The notes beneath the pieces are model-generated. The model searched no databases and was not told the DNA's origin. It worked only from the letters and a program-made list of their open reading frames with translations. Below, in pieces: positions 1 to 8,222 of a DNA stretch of 30,320 nt; the first letter of the stretch is position 1; every line of letters starts with the position of its first letter. The stretch is from Elusimicrobiota bacterium. GTDB taxonomy: Bacteria > Elusimicrobiota > Elusimicrobia > 2-01-FULL-59-12. The position numbers and the translations under genes are program-made. Where the stretch lies: the NCBI GenBank assembly GCA_043779245.1, contig JAYWEN010000199.1:1-30320 (forward strand), given 5' to 3'.

Positions 1-1106
1 AATGTTCTGAGTGATTTGAACTTGAATCCCAGGTTCTGCATATCCGGGAACACGATCTCGAAGAGTCTCTTTAATTTAGGTCGTAGGTAGTTCTCCTGCT
101 CTGAGGCAATGAAGTTGTACCACTGCTGAGAGGTGGAGTTCCCAGTCGCGTTCGAGCCGTCCGGGCTCTCGCCGAGAAGTTTCGTGTGCGGAATGTCGGT
201 CTCCGCAACCAATCGATTCGCCTGATGCACCAGAAGCTCCGCAACCCCTTGAAGGGATCTTCCCTTGTTCTCGTAGGATTCTTGGTCTGGATCTATGATG
301 ACCGCGTTGATCACGGACTTAGAGAAGTTCATCATCTCGAGTCGGTTCTTGATGATGCTCTCTTTTCCGGCAGAGATCATCTGAGCGAGGTTCTTCATCG
401 AGAAGACGTCGACGTTGAAGTCCATCAAGCAAGCCGCAGCCGAGTCGTTCGCGGTCTCGTAGTTTCGAATCGAATTAAAGAGCCTGTTCAAAATAGAGTC
501 GTGCCAGTAGTTATTTCGGATATAGGTCTTTCGCGGCACCAGTTGTCCGTCGAACCTAATCATGCGGGTCCAATGAATCGCATAACCCTTGTACTGGGAA
601 CCCATCTGCACGTTTAGGTAATACAGCCGAGGATGCCCCCAGTTCGGTGATGCGAAGTCGAACTCAATATCAGTCGTCAGGATTCGAAGGTCGTACCTAG
701 AGAGGTCTCGAAGGCCTATAACCCTCTCTCCACGTTGAAGCGGGCTTGCTGGGTCTTGGGTATCGGTGACGATGTGAAGGCAACCGCCTCCGTATGCCCT
801 TCCCCACTTCCAGGTCTTTAAGATCGCGCCCCTTAAATCTAGGGCCTCGCAAGCATCTGTCATCGTCTTCGACTTTTCCTTGTCCACTCCGTCGAACTCG
901 ATCCAATGGCGTAGGGATTCATCCGGAATGAGGTCGACGATTCGAGCTGGGATTCCCCCGCCCGCGTACATCTGCTCGTAGAACTCCGGTGGTCTAAGCT
1001 CCCAGTTGAGGGTGGACATCGATCTCTTGTCGGAGCTTGTGCCTAAAAGCGTGGCGAGGTTCTCCCAACCGTCTTTTCTAGGCTCTCGAACTACGTCTTT
1101 CTTCAT
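1..1106 (-). CDS. Phage portal protein, DUF1073/HI1409-like (3' end runs off the window)
   Basis: Not in the ORF track; translated by hand. ATG at 1106, 2 nt after the terminase stop, and open to the window edge: MKKDVVREPRKDGWENLATLLG...ARIVDLIPDESLR...WGRAYGGG...IHWTRMIRFDG...ETDIPHTKLLGESPDGSNATG...WYNFIASEQENYLRPKL. These motifs and the position after TerL fit this portal family. Confidence 0.85.
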   Translation of the reverse strand, partial: MKKDVVREPRKDGWENLATLLGTSSDKRSMSTLNWELRPPEFYEQMYAGGGIPARIVDLIPDESLRHWIEFDGVDKEKSKTMTDACEALDLRGAILKTWKWGRAYGGGCLHIVTDTQDPASPLQRGERVIGLRDLSRYDLRILTTDIEFDFASPNWGHPRLYYLNVQMGSQYKGYAIHWTRMIRFDGQLVPRKTYIRNNYWHDSILNRLFNSIRNYETANDSAAACLMDFNVDVFSMKNLAQMISAGKESIIKNRLEMMNFSKSVINAVIIDPDQESYENKGRSLQGVAELLVHQANRLVAETDIPHTKLLGESPDGSNATGNSTSQQWYNFIASEQENYLRPKLKRLFEIVFPDMQNLGFKFKSLRT

Positions 1107-1108
1107 TT

Positions 1109-2464
1109 CTATCTCCTGCTTAGGGCTTCCATCGCCCTCATGCTGCCGTTCATTTTACCGAAGTGAGCAACCGCCATCGACGCAACGTCGACGGTGTCGT
1201 CATGCTTGGCCCGAGGAAACTTAGTAATCTCGTTTATATTGACCTTAACCCATGGATGAATATTTTCATCAGGGTAGTATACATTGCCCGAATGATACAA
1301 CGGAGCAACGGAAGAAAGACGCGCCGCTTTTTCGGTTCGTGGCTTGTTTGCAAATACGCCAGGAAATCTCTCCTTAACAACCTCGATGATCGCTGCTCCG
1401 TTTGCTTTCTCCTCAATCTCCTTGTGGAAAGCCTCAGGGTAGAGCTCAAACATTCTGTTGAGCGCGTCCAGCTGAGCGGTGAATCCCATGTGGTCTCTAA
1501 TTTGTGCGATGAGATAAATATTCGCGCCCTCGCGACCCCAACACTCGACCACCGTGAAGTCGTTCTCTTCTCCAGGTTTATAGGTAAGATCCGCAAAGAT
1601 CGCAATTTCATCCATCCTAGGGAGCGTCGTCCAGCGCTTGATCCACTCGCCCTTAATTATGTTTCCTGATCGAGATACAGGCTGGCCTTGATAGAGAGAT
1701 GTCCAGAAAAGCTCCTTGATCTCCGTTCTCATTTTAGCGAGCGCAGCCTCATCGTATCTCTCCGGACACAAGGCTTTTCCAATCTCCCTGCCCATCAAGT
1801 CGTTCTCTTCTGCTATCGCCGGAAGGTTTATCATATCCCAAGTCCCCTCAGACTCAAGCTCTCCGATGAGGTCGGCTTCGTGCCATCGGGTATGCATGAC
1901 GACGATCGAGGCGCCTGGCTGTAGACGAGTCGTTGCTACGGAACGAAACCAATCGAGGTTCCTTTCCCTGAGTCTCTCGGACATCGCGTCCTCGTAGTTC
2001 TTCACGGGATCGTCTACGAGGAAAAGATCAGCTCCCTCTCCAGTCACGGGTCCACCGATGCCGGCCGAGAGCATTTGACCCCCAGCCATCGTCACGAACT
2101 TCTTCTTGGATTGAGAGTCCTCTCTTAAGGGAACGAAGCAGCGCTCGTTCTCCGTAAGGTTGTTCCTCACGGTGGCGCCCCACTTCTCGGCATAACTTTG
2201 GGCATAGGACGCTAGAATGATCTTCTTCTCTGGGTATTGATTAAGGAACCAAGTCGGGAGCCAATTCGAAACGAAGGTGCTCTTTCCATGCTGCGGAGGT
2301 GCGGTCAGTAAGATCCGAGCGTTCCCGTCCATCAGCTTGGTTGCGATCTGCTTCGATATATATCGAATCCAAGGATATGCTACGAACTTCCCGCGACTCG
2401 CCCACTGCCCGAACGTGTGCGGAAAGGCGTTGACGTAGGATTGTACGAGCTTCGTTGAATCAAT
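1109..2464 (-). CDS. terL: Terminase large subunit
   Basis: Walker A in LLTAPPQHGKS, Walker B in GEGADLFLVDDP, motif III region VVMHTRWHEADL, and nuclease acidic motifs FADL and HDDTVD. The track starts at 2332, but the frame is open for 44 more codons to an ATT at 2464 with a GAGGG SD. Confidence 0.95.
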   Translation of the reverse strand: MDSTKLVQSYVNAFPHTFGQWASRGKFVAYPWIRYISKQIATKLMDGNARILLTAPPQHGKSTFVSNWLPTWFLNQYPEKKIILASYAQSYAEKWGATVRNNLTENERCFVPLREDSQSKKKFVTMAGGQMLSAGIGGPVTGEGADLFLVDDPVKNYEDAMSERLRERNLDWFRSVATTRLQPGASIVVMHTRWHEADLIGELESEGTWDMINLPAIAEENDLMGREIGKALCPERYDEAALAKMRTEIKELFWTSLYQGQPVSRSGNIIKGEWIKRWTTLPRMDEIAIFADLTYKPGEENDFTVVECWGREGANIYLIAQIRDHMGFTAQLDALNRMFELYPEAFHKEIEEKANGAAIIEVVKERFPGVFANKPRTEKAARLSSVAPLYHSGNVYYPDENIHPWVKVNINEITKFPRAKHDDTVDVASMAVAHFGKMNGSMRAMEALSRR

Positions 2465-2468
2465 GGTA

Positions 2469-2915
2469 CTAGCCCTCTAATTCTTGATCTGCTACGCGCT
2501 CGGCAAGCTCAAGCGCAAGTCTTCGGGTTTCCGGGTCCTTCAAGCTATCGTTCACTTCAGAGGCCGTCATGCCGGTGTTCTTTATCTCACCCGAATGCTT
2601 AACCTCTTGCTTGATCTTTCCGGCCATTCTATCAAGCAAAATATTCATAGCACCAGCATCGCCCTTCTTAACTGCATTTGCAGCCACAGAAGCAATCATG
2701 AGCTTTAAAAAAGGAGTCTCTGGATCTTTTACGATAGCTTGAAGCTGGGCCATGTTGTTGTCTAAAAGCATTGTTCCCACTTCAGCGATTTCATCATTAG
2801 TTAGCCTTCGGATCTTTCGAACTTCTGGGCTCTCTAAGCTGCGACCTCTAGGGTTCCCGCTCACTCCTGGTTGAAATCTATTCTTTTCTGAAGGATTTGG
2901 ATTTCCTTTGCTCAT
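2469..2915 (-). CDS. terS: Terminase small subunit (DUF5681-type N-terminus)
   Basis: RFQPGVSGNPRGR motif, ILLDRMAGKIKQEVKHSGEI C-terminal motif, and position directly upstream of TerL. Confidence 0.8.
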   Translation of the reverse strand: MSKGNPNPSEKNRFQPGVSGNPRGRSLESPEVRKIRRLTNDEIAEVGTMLLDNNMAQLQAIVKDPETPFLKLMIASVAANAVKKGDAGAMNILLDRMAGKIKQEVKHSGEIKNTGMTASEVNDSLKDPETRRLALELAERVADQELEG

Positions 2916-2940
2916 ATTCCTGTTTATTTCCTGTTTAGAC

Positions 2941-3345
2941 CTAAGTCTCGCTAGCTATTTTTAAAGCTGTAGCCTTGTTATCTGAACGAGCAATGACGTG
3001 TCCTGTGGCCGATCTAACCACCCAATCTCTGCCCTCTCTTTGAATTGCTGAATCCATCTTTTCAAAAGATTCGCCTGGCTCTTTAGGCATTGGCTTTGGT
3101 CCTTTGGTCGCGCCTTCCTTAGTCATATGGATGTGGTCTCCAGAGTTGTGAGCTGGGTCAGTCTCGCAGGTGTCCTCACCGCATTCGTACAGATGAGAAT
3201 GCATATCAAATTGGTCCTTCGAAGGCTTGTGAAGGGTTCCGCTCGTGAGCGATCCGTCGGCTAAAAGGTGACAATGATCTTCCATGGTATCCGCGCGACG
3301 AACTGACTTCTGAACTTTTCCCATCTCATCTCCATTCGATTTCAA
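2941..3345 (-). CDS. His/Cys-rich protein with three HxH repeats; putative metal-binding
   Basis: DHCHLL, MHSHLY and DHIHMT repeats; C-terminal IQREGRDWVVRSATGHVIARSDNKATA module. Confidence 0.6.
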   Translation of the reverse strand: MKSNGDEMGKVQKSVRRADTMEDHCHLLADGSLTSGTLHKPSKDQFDMHSHLYECGEDTCETDPAHNSGDHIHMTKEGATKGPKPMPKEPGESFEKMDSAIQREGRDWVVRSATGHVIARSDNKATALKIASET

Positions 3346-3370
3346 GTTATATTTTAAAGGTGCTTAAAGA

Positions 3371-3640
3371 TCATACTACGAGTTGTTTGCCGTGAGGACA
3401 AGAGTTGAGGGTAATTTCCATACCTAGACTCTCCTTGATCATCTTCTTGATCGTGTGCCGAGAGAGCTCATCGAAGGACAAAAGCATCTTCGTCACGACG
3501 GAATTTGCTACAGCCTTGTCCCCAGCGTTCTCCACAGAGCGAAGCATGGCTGCAGCCGAGGTCAAAACGTACATTCGTTCGATTTTCGTGAAGACCTCTA
3601 GGCTTTTTCGTCCGGTTTTCGTGCAATCCTCACATATCAC
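3371..3640 (-). CDS. Hypothetical protein (CxxC at N-terminus, CPH at C-terminus)
   Basis: GTG start overlapping the stop of the upstream gene; tight operon packing. Confidence 0.6.
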   Translation of the reverse strand: MICEDCTKTGRKSLEVFTKIERMYVLTSAAAMLRSVENAGDKAVANSVVTKMLLSFDELSRHTIKKMIKESLGMEITLNSCPHGKQLVV

Positions 3641-3962
3641 GGGTCACCTCGTGAGGGCACTTCTCATGCTGGATGTTTAATTTGATCTCGAATTGCTTTT
3701 CTAGCATCTCCAGCTCTTTCTTCGGGATAGATACGATGAACTTCCCCAGCGTCGCCGTCGTTATATCGAACATCCTCATGAGATGAGGCCGATTCGGGTC
3801 CGTCAGAGCGAGCAATCCGAGCTGTTGATTGTGAAATTTGATCATCGAGAGCAGGGTTGTCGCGTGAAATATGACTTCTTCTAGGGAGAAGAGGTTTAGC
3901 ATGGATTGTCTTGTCTCGGCGTCGAAGTATTCGCAGGCCTTACACTTCATGAAGGTTCTCAT
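3630..3962 (-). CDS. Hypothetical protein (CKAC...C-terminal KCPH)
   Basis: 110-aa ORF overlapping both neighbours within the leftward operon. Confidence 0.6.
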   Translation of the reverse strand: MRTFMKCKACEYFDAETRQSMLNLFSLEEVIFHATTLLSMIKFHNQQLGLLALTDPNRPHLMRMFDITTATLGKFIVSIPKKELEMLEKQFEIKLNIQHEKCPHEVTRDM

Positions 3963-4239
3963 CGCGCATCTGAATGGCCTCGTCGTAGTGGTTTATCTCC
4001 TCTTGTGAGGGAATCACCATATCCAAGACATCGGAAAGCACCTCTTTGTAGGCCTCCGTCTTGTAGTGAGCCTTCTGATATTGCTCGGTGAGCTTGCGGA
4101 TTCGGATTTCCTGACCGTTCAGCTTGGCGGTCAAGCCGTCGATCTTCATCTTAAATCCATCTTGGGCATCTAAGAGACTGTTGTTGAGCTGTAAAAGCTC
4201 CTCGGTCGTGAGCGTGGTCTGTAGAAATTCTGCTTCCAT
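3940..4239 (-). CDS. Hypothetical coiled-coil protein
   Basis: Strong SD (GGGGG) upstream of ATG; heptad-like Leu pattern. Confidence 0.65.
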   Translation of the reverse strand: MEAEFLQTTLTTEELLQLNNSLLDAQDGFKMKIDGLTAKLNGQEIRIRKLTEQYQKAHYKTEAYKEVLSDVLDMVIPSQEEINHYDEAIQMRDENLHEV

Positions 4240-4290
4240 AAATCCCCCCTTGCCTCTTAATTGGTATCTAGGATGAGATTTGGAGTCTAG

Positions 4291-4758
4291 CTATTTCTTA
4301 AATAAAGCCCTTAGGTCGAAGCTCTCGAGCCGACCCAACTCTAGGCCGCTTAAGGGGACGAAGCGCGATCCTGGGCCAGCCTCGCTTATCTGAAGACCTG
4401 TGAAATACGCTATTCGATTGATCGGGCGAAAGAAGACCACGAAGCCGCTCGGGACATTCCAATTATTGTATAACACCGCGCGTTTTACTTGATCAGGGTT
4501 AAGGTCCGAAAAGGTGAAGAACTCGGACTCGAAGGACTTGCAGTCGAAGAAACCAACCTCTCCCTCCGGAGAAATCAAAGTCATGTCGAGGTTCGATTTT
4601 ACGACCTTGTAGTTGTTCTTGAAGATGTACCGGGCCGTCAGGTAGTTCTGAATCGGAAAGAGCCCATTCATCTGAGCCCTTTTAAAGAAGACTTGCTCCC
4701 AGAATTTCCCGTTACTTTGGTTTCTTCCTGCTTTTGTTGTCTTCTCTAGAGTGCTCAA
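4291..4758 (-). CDS. RecU-like Holliday junction resolvase / PD-(D/E)xK nuclease
   Basis: SNLDMTLISPEGEVGFFDCKS matches the D...(D/E)xK catalytic pattern; QVKR...VPSGFVVFF resembles the RecU C-terminal half. Confidence 0.65.
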   Translation of the reverse strand: MSTLEKTTKAGRNQSNGKFWEQVFFKRAQMNGLFPIQNYLTARYIFKNNYKVVKSNLDMTLISPEGEVGFFDCKSFESEFFTFSDLNPDQVKRAVLYNNWNVPSGFVVFFRPINRIAYFTGLQISEAGPGSRFVPLSGLELGRLESFDLRALFKK

Positions 4759-4912
4759 GCCACCTCTGCATTCCGTATTCTATTACGGACCTCATCGTGA
4801 TGCCCTTGTTATGATCGTGAAGCTCTTGCTTCACCTCTGTCAACAGGTCCTCGTTTACTTCAACACTAAAGCCCCGTTTATTGTCGGGCTTTGGTAGCTT
4901 AATTTTCGTCAT
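4712..4912 (-). CDS. Ribbon-helix-helix (Arc/CopG-like) DNA-binding protein
   Basis: Start moved to ATG 4912 (GAGGT SD). KRGFSVEVNEDLLTEVKQEL...ITMRSVIEYGMQRWL is a beta strand followed by two helices. Confidence 0.55.
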   Translation of the reverse strand: MTKIKLPKPDNKRGFSVEVNEDLLTEVKQELHDHNKGITMRSVIEYGMQRWLEHSREDNKSRKKPK

Positions 4913-4920
4913 TTGACACC

Positions 4921-5052
4921 TCATTTTTTTAAATCTTTTTTGCGCAACCACTGAACGAAATCCGGATTGCTCTTTTCAACCTCGGACATCTGCTCACTCA
5001 GAGACTTGTCCTTTACGACGACCTCTTTTTTTTGCTTCTTTTTCTTACTCAT
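4921..5052 (-). CDS. Small basic hypothetical protein (43 aa)
   Basis: Not in the track; translated by hand as MSKKKKQKKEVVVKDKSLSEQMSEVEKSNPDFVQWLRKKDLKK. It fills the operon gap and overlaps the upstream stop. Confidence 0.5.
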   Translation of the reverse strand: MSKKKKQKKEVVVKDKSLSEQMSEVEKSNPDFVQWLRKKDLKK

Positions 5053-5368
5053 AACGCTCCGATAATTTCTTGGTTTTGGTTTCTCCTAGAATGAACTCTA
5101 CGTCAATCACATCCCCGTCGCTCAAGGTCTCCCAGTTCTTTATGATGAAGTCGTGGGCTACGGAAAAGGTTCTATCATTCCAAGCGTAGGGATCGCAATG
5201 TGCAATTCGCTCCGCTCGAAGCGCCGTCAGAATCACGTGCCTGCGGATTAATCCATAACCGGCGCGGGCGAGAAGGTACATTTGATCGCCGTTTTCTCCG
5301 GTCAACTCCACGGCGAGCAGCGGAATAAAGGTCATCTTGTCTCTAAGCTCTAATAATTTTGCGGTCAT
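5045..5368 (-). CDS. Conserved-looking phage hypothetical protein
   Basis: Motif-like C-terminus DPYAWNDRTFSVAHDFIIKNWETLSDGDVIDVEFILGE; GAGGA SD. Confidence 0.65.
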   Translation of the reverse strand: MTAKLLELRDKMTFIPLLAVELTGENGDQMYLLARAGYGLIRRHVILTALRAERIAHCDPYAWNDRTFSVAHDFIIKNWETLSDGDVIDVEFILGETKTKKLSERYE

Positions 5369-5423
5369 TTGTCCTCTAATTTGTAGGAAATTTAATTACA
5401 TCCACTGGCCGGATGTACTCGTT

Positions 5424-5582
5424 TTAGTTTGACTCGTCGAGAATTAGGTTCGCCAAAATCCTCATCTCGCCGACTAAAGCGATGATCAGGATCTTCTCGG
5501 TCAACGTGGGCGTTGGGTTCAGTACCATCTGCTCAAGCTTCAGCGTCAGTTTCGCAAGCCTCTCGGCGTATTTGCTATGCAT
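5424..5582 (-). CDS. Small hypothetical protein (52 aa)
   Basis: Translated by hand as MHSKYAERLAKLTLKLEQMVLNPTPTLTEKILIIALVGEMRILANLILDESN; start overlaps the upstream stop. Confidence 0.5.
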   Translation of the reverse strand: MHSKYAERLAKLTLKLEQMVLNPTPTLTEKILIIALVGEMRILANLILDESN

Positions 5583-5820
5583 GTTCTTTCTCCTCGTAAA
5601 GTTTATCTTCTAAATCATCAAGAACGTCAGAATCTAAAAAGTTAGTAATCTCTAAAACATCTTTTCCACTATGAATAAAAACTTTCAGGTCATCGATCCC
5701 ACCTTCTTCTCCAGGAAGCCAAGCTCCTAGAGAATTATTAAACTTGTCAGGGGTCTTTCTAATTATTGTCCCCTGAACTTCAACTTCAATTTCTATGTGA
5801 GTGTTAAGATTCATTTTCAT
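5575..5820 (-). CDS. Acidic hypothetical protein
   Basis: GGAG SD; operon context. Confidence 0.6.
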   Translation of the reverse strand: MKMNLNTHIEIEVEVQGTIIRKTPDKFNNSLGAWLPGEEGGIDDLKVFIHSGKDVLEITNFLDSDVLDDLEDKLYEEKEHA

Positions 5821-5829
5821 TTTACTCTC

Positions 5830-6030
5830 CTATTTGTTTCTATCGATCGACTCGAGAATTGAGATCGTGTAAGCCAGCTTATCGATGTTGTCGGCCGTAC
5901 TCTTGCAGATTCCGAATGGGTTTATTCGGTCCCCGTTCGCGAGCTTCATCTCTGCCTCTGCGAGCTTTTCCCTGAGTATTTTGATGTTCGCTACAAGTTC
6001 TATTCGTAAAGACATGATTTCTTTTTTCAT
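5830..6030 (-). CDS. Hypothetical protein (coiled-coil N-terminus)
   Basis: AGGAG SD; operon context. Confidence 0.6.
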   Translation of the reverse strand: MKKEIMSLRIELVANIKILREKLAEAEMKLANGDRINPFGICKSTADNIDKLAYTISILESIDRNK

Positions 6031-6042
6031 GACAGCTTCTCC

Positions 6043-6246
6043 TTATTTGTTTGTTTCGATCGAAAAATATTTTTCGTCTTCTCGCTTGAGCTCGTTGCAA
6101 ACAGCCAACTCAATCAAGAGGCAATTTATTGTGACCTCCGAAACGACCTCGTCCTGGTAAATGTCGTTAACTTTGGCGTGAATTTCCTTGGCCGTCTGAG
6201 GTCCAAAGTAGCTCAAGATCACTTCTATTTTTGTTTGTAGCTTCAT
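6043..6246 (-). CDS. Winged-helix DNA-binding protein, putative regulator
   Basis: IEVILSYFGPQTAKEIHAKV...SEVTINCLLIEL...LKREDEKYFS fits a wHTH topology; first gene after the leftward promoter. Confidence 0.5.
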   Translation of the reverse strand: MKLQTKIEVILSYFGPQTAKEIHAKVNDIYQDEVVSEVTINCLLIELAVCNELKREDEKYFSIETNK

Positions 6247-6273
6247 TTGATTTTCCCCCGTTACTTCTTATAT

Positions 6274-6302
6274 AAAATACCACGATTATTAACTTAAGTC
6301 AA
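6274..6302 (-). promoter_or_regulatory. Sigma70-type leftward promoter
   Basis: Minus strand: TTGACT (6302-6297), 17-nt spacer, TATTTT (6279-6274), preceded by TGG (extended -10). Confidence 0.65.
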
Positions 6303-6326
6303 TATTTAAATATTAACCTAAGTAAA
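6289..6326. promoter_or_regulatory. Operator-like repeats overlapping the -35 box
   Basis: TTAACTTAAGTCAA (6289-6302, near-palindromic) and TTAACCTAAGTAAA (6313-6326), bridged by the perfect palindrome AATATTTAAATATT (6301-6314). Confidence 0.45.
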
Positions 6327-6408
6327 TACTACATCGCTGTTTCAAGATAAGCCGTTTGACATCGCCAGAAGTGACGTGCTTTGTTTAAAGCTCCTTGGGG
6401 GGAAAATC

Positions 6409-7071
6409 ATGTCAAAGAAAAGCGCTTCAAAAAAGGCCATTAAAAAGTCAAAAAAGGCTCCGGTAAAGAACCTGCCCGTCGTAATGAGCGACGATCATTT
6501 GGGCAAAACAGTTTCGATAAGCTGCCAGGGCGCGGACACGATTGACATCGACAGCCTCGCTGACTTCCAGGGAAAGCTGAAGATCCTTTCTGACGAAGCA
6601 TTTGAGAAGTTGAAGTTGTCCATCGTCGAGCTCGGCTTTTCTTTTCCGGTGGCTGCATGGAAGCATCGGAACAAAATATTCATATTGGACGCGCACCAAA
6701 GGGTCGCCACGCTCAAGCGCATGAGGGACGAAGGTTATTTCATTCCCAATCTTCCGGTGGTTTGGGTTCACGCCAAGGATCGCCACGAGGCCGCCAAGAA
6801 ACTGCTGGCCGCAACCTCACAGTATGGCGAGGTCTCTCCCGACGGACTCTACGAATTCATGATGGAGTTCAACCTGAGCATGGACGAGATGATCGAGTCT
6901 TTCAAGTTTCCGGAAATCAACTTTGCCACCTTTGACAACTCATACTTTGCTGAAGGCAAGGAGGTTTCATTTACTGCGAAAATTGGATCCAAAGAGTTGT
7001 CCGAGGGTGATTTCCAAAGGTTTGATCATGTTTGTCCAAAATGCAACTTTCAATTCAGCGACAAGAAATAG
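6409..7071 (+). CDS. ParB/Sulfiredoxin-like N-terminal domain protein with C-terminal CPKC zinc ribbon
   Basis: LKLSIVELGFSFPVAAW...ILDAHQRVATL is the ParB-N signature; ends in HVCPKCNFQF. Start placed at ATG 6409 (GGGGGG SD). Confidence 0.8.
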   Translation: MSKKSASKKAIKKSKKAPVKNLPVVMSDDHLGKTVSISCQGADTIDIDSLADFQGKLKILSDEAFEKLKLSIVELGFSFPVAAWKHRNKIFILDAHQRVATLKRMRDEGYFIPNLPVVWVHAKDRHEAAKKLLAATSQYGEVSPDGLYEFMMEFNLSMDEMIESFKFPEINFATFDNSYFAEGKEVSFTAKIGSKELSEGDFQRFDHVCPKCNFQFSDKK

Positions 7072-8133
7072 ATGAAAAAATCGCCCTTGATTACTGGACC
7101 GTGGACGCTCGAAGATTTGACCGCTGGAAAGATCGGAGATCGCAAAAACGGCCTGAAGGTTTTCTCATGCTTTCATTGCGGCGGTGGCTCCACTATGGGC
7201 TACAAGCTGGCCGGATTTGATGTGCTCGGCGGGATAGAGATAGATCCTGACATGATGGAAATCTACAAGGCAAATCATAAACCAAAGTTTTCATACTTGA
7301 TGCCAATACAGGACTTCCCCTCGATGGATCTCTCTACGATTCCGAAAGAGCTGTTTGACCTGGACGTTCTCGACGGATCGCCGCCGTGCTCTTCTTTTTC
7401 GATGTCGGGATCTAGGGAGGACGGATGGAACGAAAAGAAGATGTTTCGCGAGGGTCAATCTGAACAAGTGCTCGACGACCTGTTTTTTCACTTCATCAAG
7501 GTCGCAGACGTTTTGCGTCCCAAGTTGATCGTCGCGGAAAACGTCAAGGGACTAATAATTGGAAACGCTCGGGGCTACGTGAAGGAAATATTTTCTGCCT
7601 ATCACGCCGCGGGGTACGACACTCAGCTTTTTCTTTTGAACTCCGCCAGAATGGGGGTTCCGCAGGCCAGGGAGAGAACCTTTTTCATATCGAGGCGTCG
7701 AGATTTGAACATTCCGAAGTTTGATTTTGAGTTCAATGAGCCGATCATTTCATTCAAAGAAATTGACGACGGCGAGGTGCTTGACGATTCGCTTAAGCTG
7801 ACCCCGACTGCCGTCAAGTATTGGGCGAAATGCATGCGTGGAAAGTCTTTTTCCTCGGTGCACGAAAACGGATCGCTCTTCAATTGGATTAAGGTTGACC
7901 CAAACAAGCCGCTCAACACGCTTGCCAGCGGGAACGCCAGGCTCATATTTCATTGGAAGCAGCCGCGCATTTTGACGGATCGCGAGTGGATAAGAGGGCA
8001 ATCTTTTCCGGACGACTATGATTTCAAAAAATGCGATCCAAAGTACGTTTGCGGAATGAGCGTGCCTCCATTCATGATGCAGCGGTTGTCCACAAATATC
8101 GCGAAAGCCTTGCTTGCCATGAGAAAAATTTGA
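7072..8133 (+). CDS. DNA (cytosine-5)-methyltransferase
   Basis: Motif I variant FSCFHCGGG, catalytic motif IV GSPPCSSFS, motif VI ENV, motif VIII QARERTFF, motif IX QSFPDDY and motif X GMSVPP. Confidence 0.95.
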   Translation: MKKSPLITGPWTLEDLTAGKIGDRKNGLKVFSCFHCGGGSTMGYKLAGFDVLGGIEIDPDMMEIYKANHKPKFSYLMPIQDFPSMDLSTIPKELFDLDVLDGSPPCSSFSMSGSREDGWNEKKMFREGQSEQVLDDLFFHFIKVADVLRPKLIVAENVKGLIIGNARGYVKEIFSAYHAAGYDTQLFLLNSARMGVPQARERTFFISRRRDLNIPKFDFEFNEPIISFKEIDDGEVLDDSLKLTPTAVKYWAKCMRGKSFSSVHENGSLFNWIKVDPNKPLNTLASGNARLIFHWKQPRILTDREWIRGQSFPDDYDFKKCDPKYVCGMSVPPFMMQRLSTNIAKALLAMRKI

Positions 8134-8194
8134 TTAAAAAATAGACACAAGTTTTTTAAAATTGTTTGCGATGCCTGGTGACAGGTTATTTTTG

Positions 8195-8222
8195 TTTACT
8201 TGCTCGAATTTCTAGATATAAA
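8195..8222 (+). promoter_or_regulatory. Possible sigma70 promoter for the replication module
   Basis: TTTACT (8195-8200), 16-nt spacer, TATAAA (8217-8222), in an AT-rich intergenic region. Confidence 0.35.

Noticed and set aside
2916-2938. Duplicated TAAACAGGAA (minus strand) before terS
   Set aside because: Two 10-bp copies overlapping the SD; most likely a simple local duplication.
6409-7071. Plasmid-prophage partitioning system
   Set aside because: Only a ParB-N-like domain, with no HTH, no parA and no parS-like array; the context points to DNA modification.
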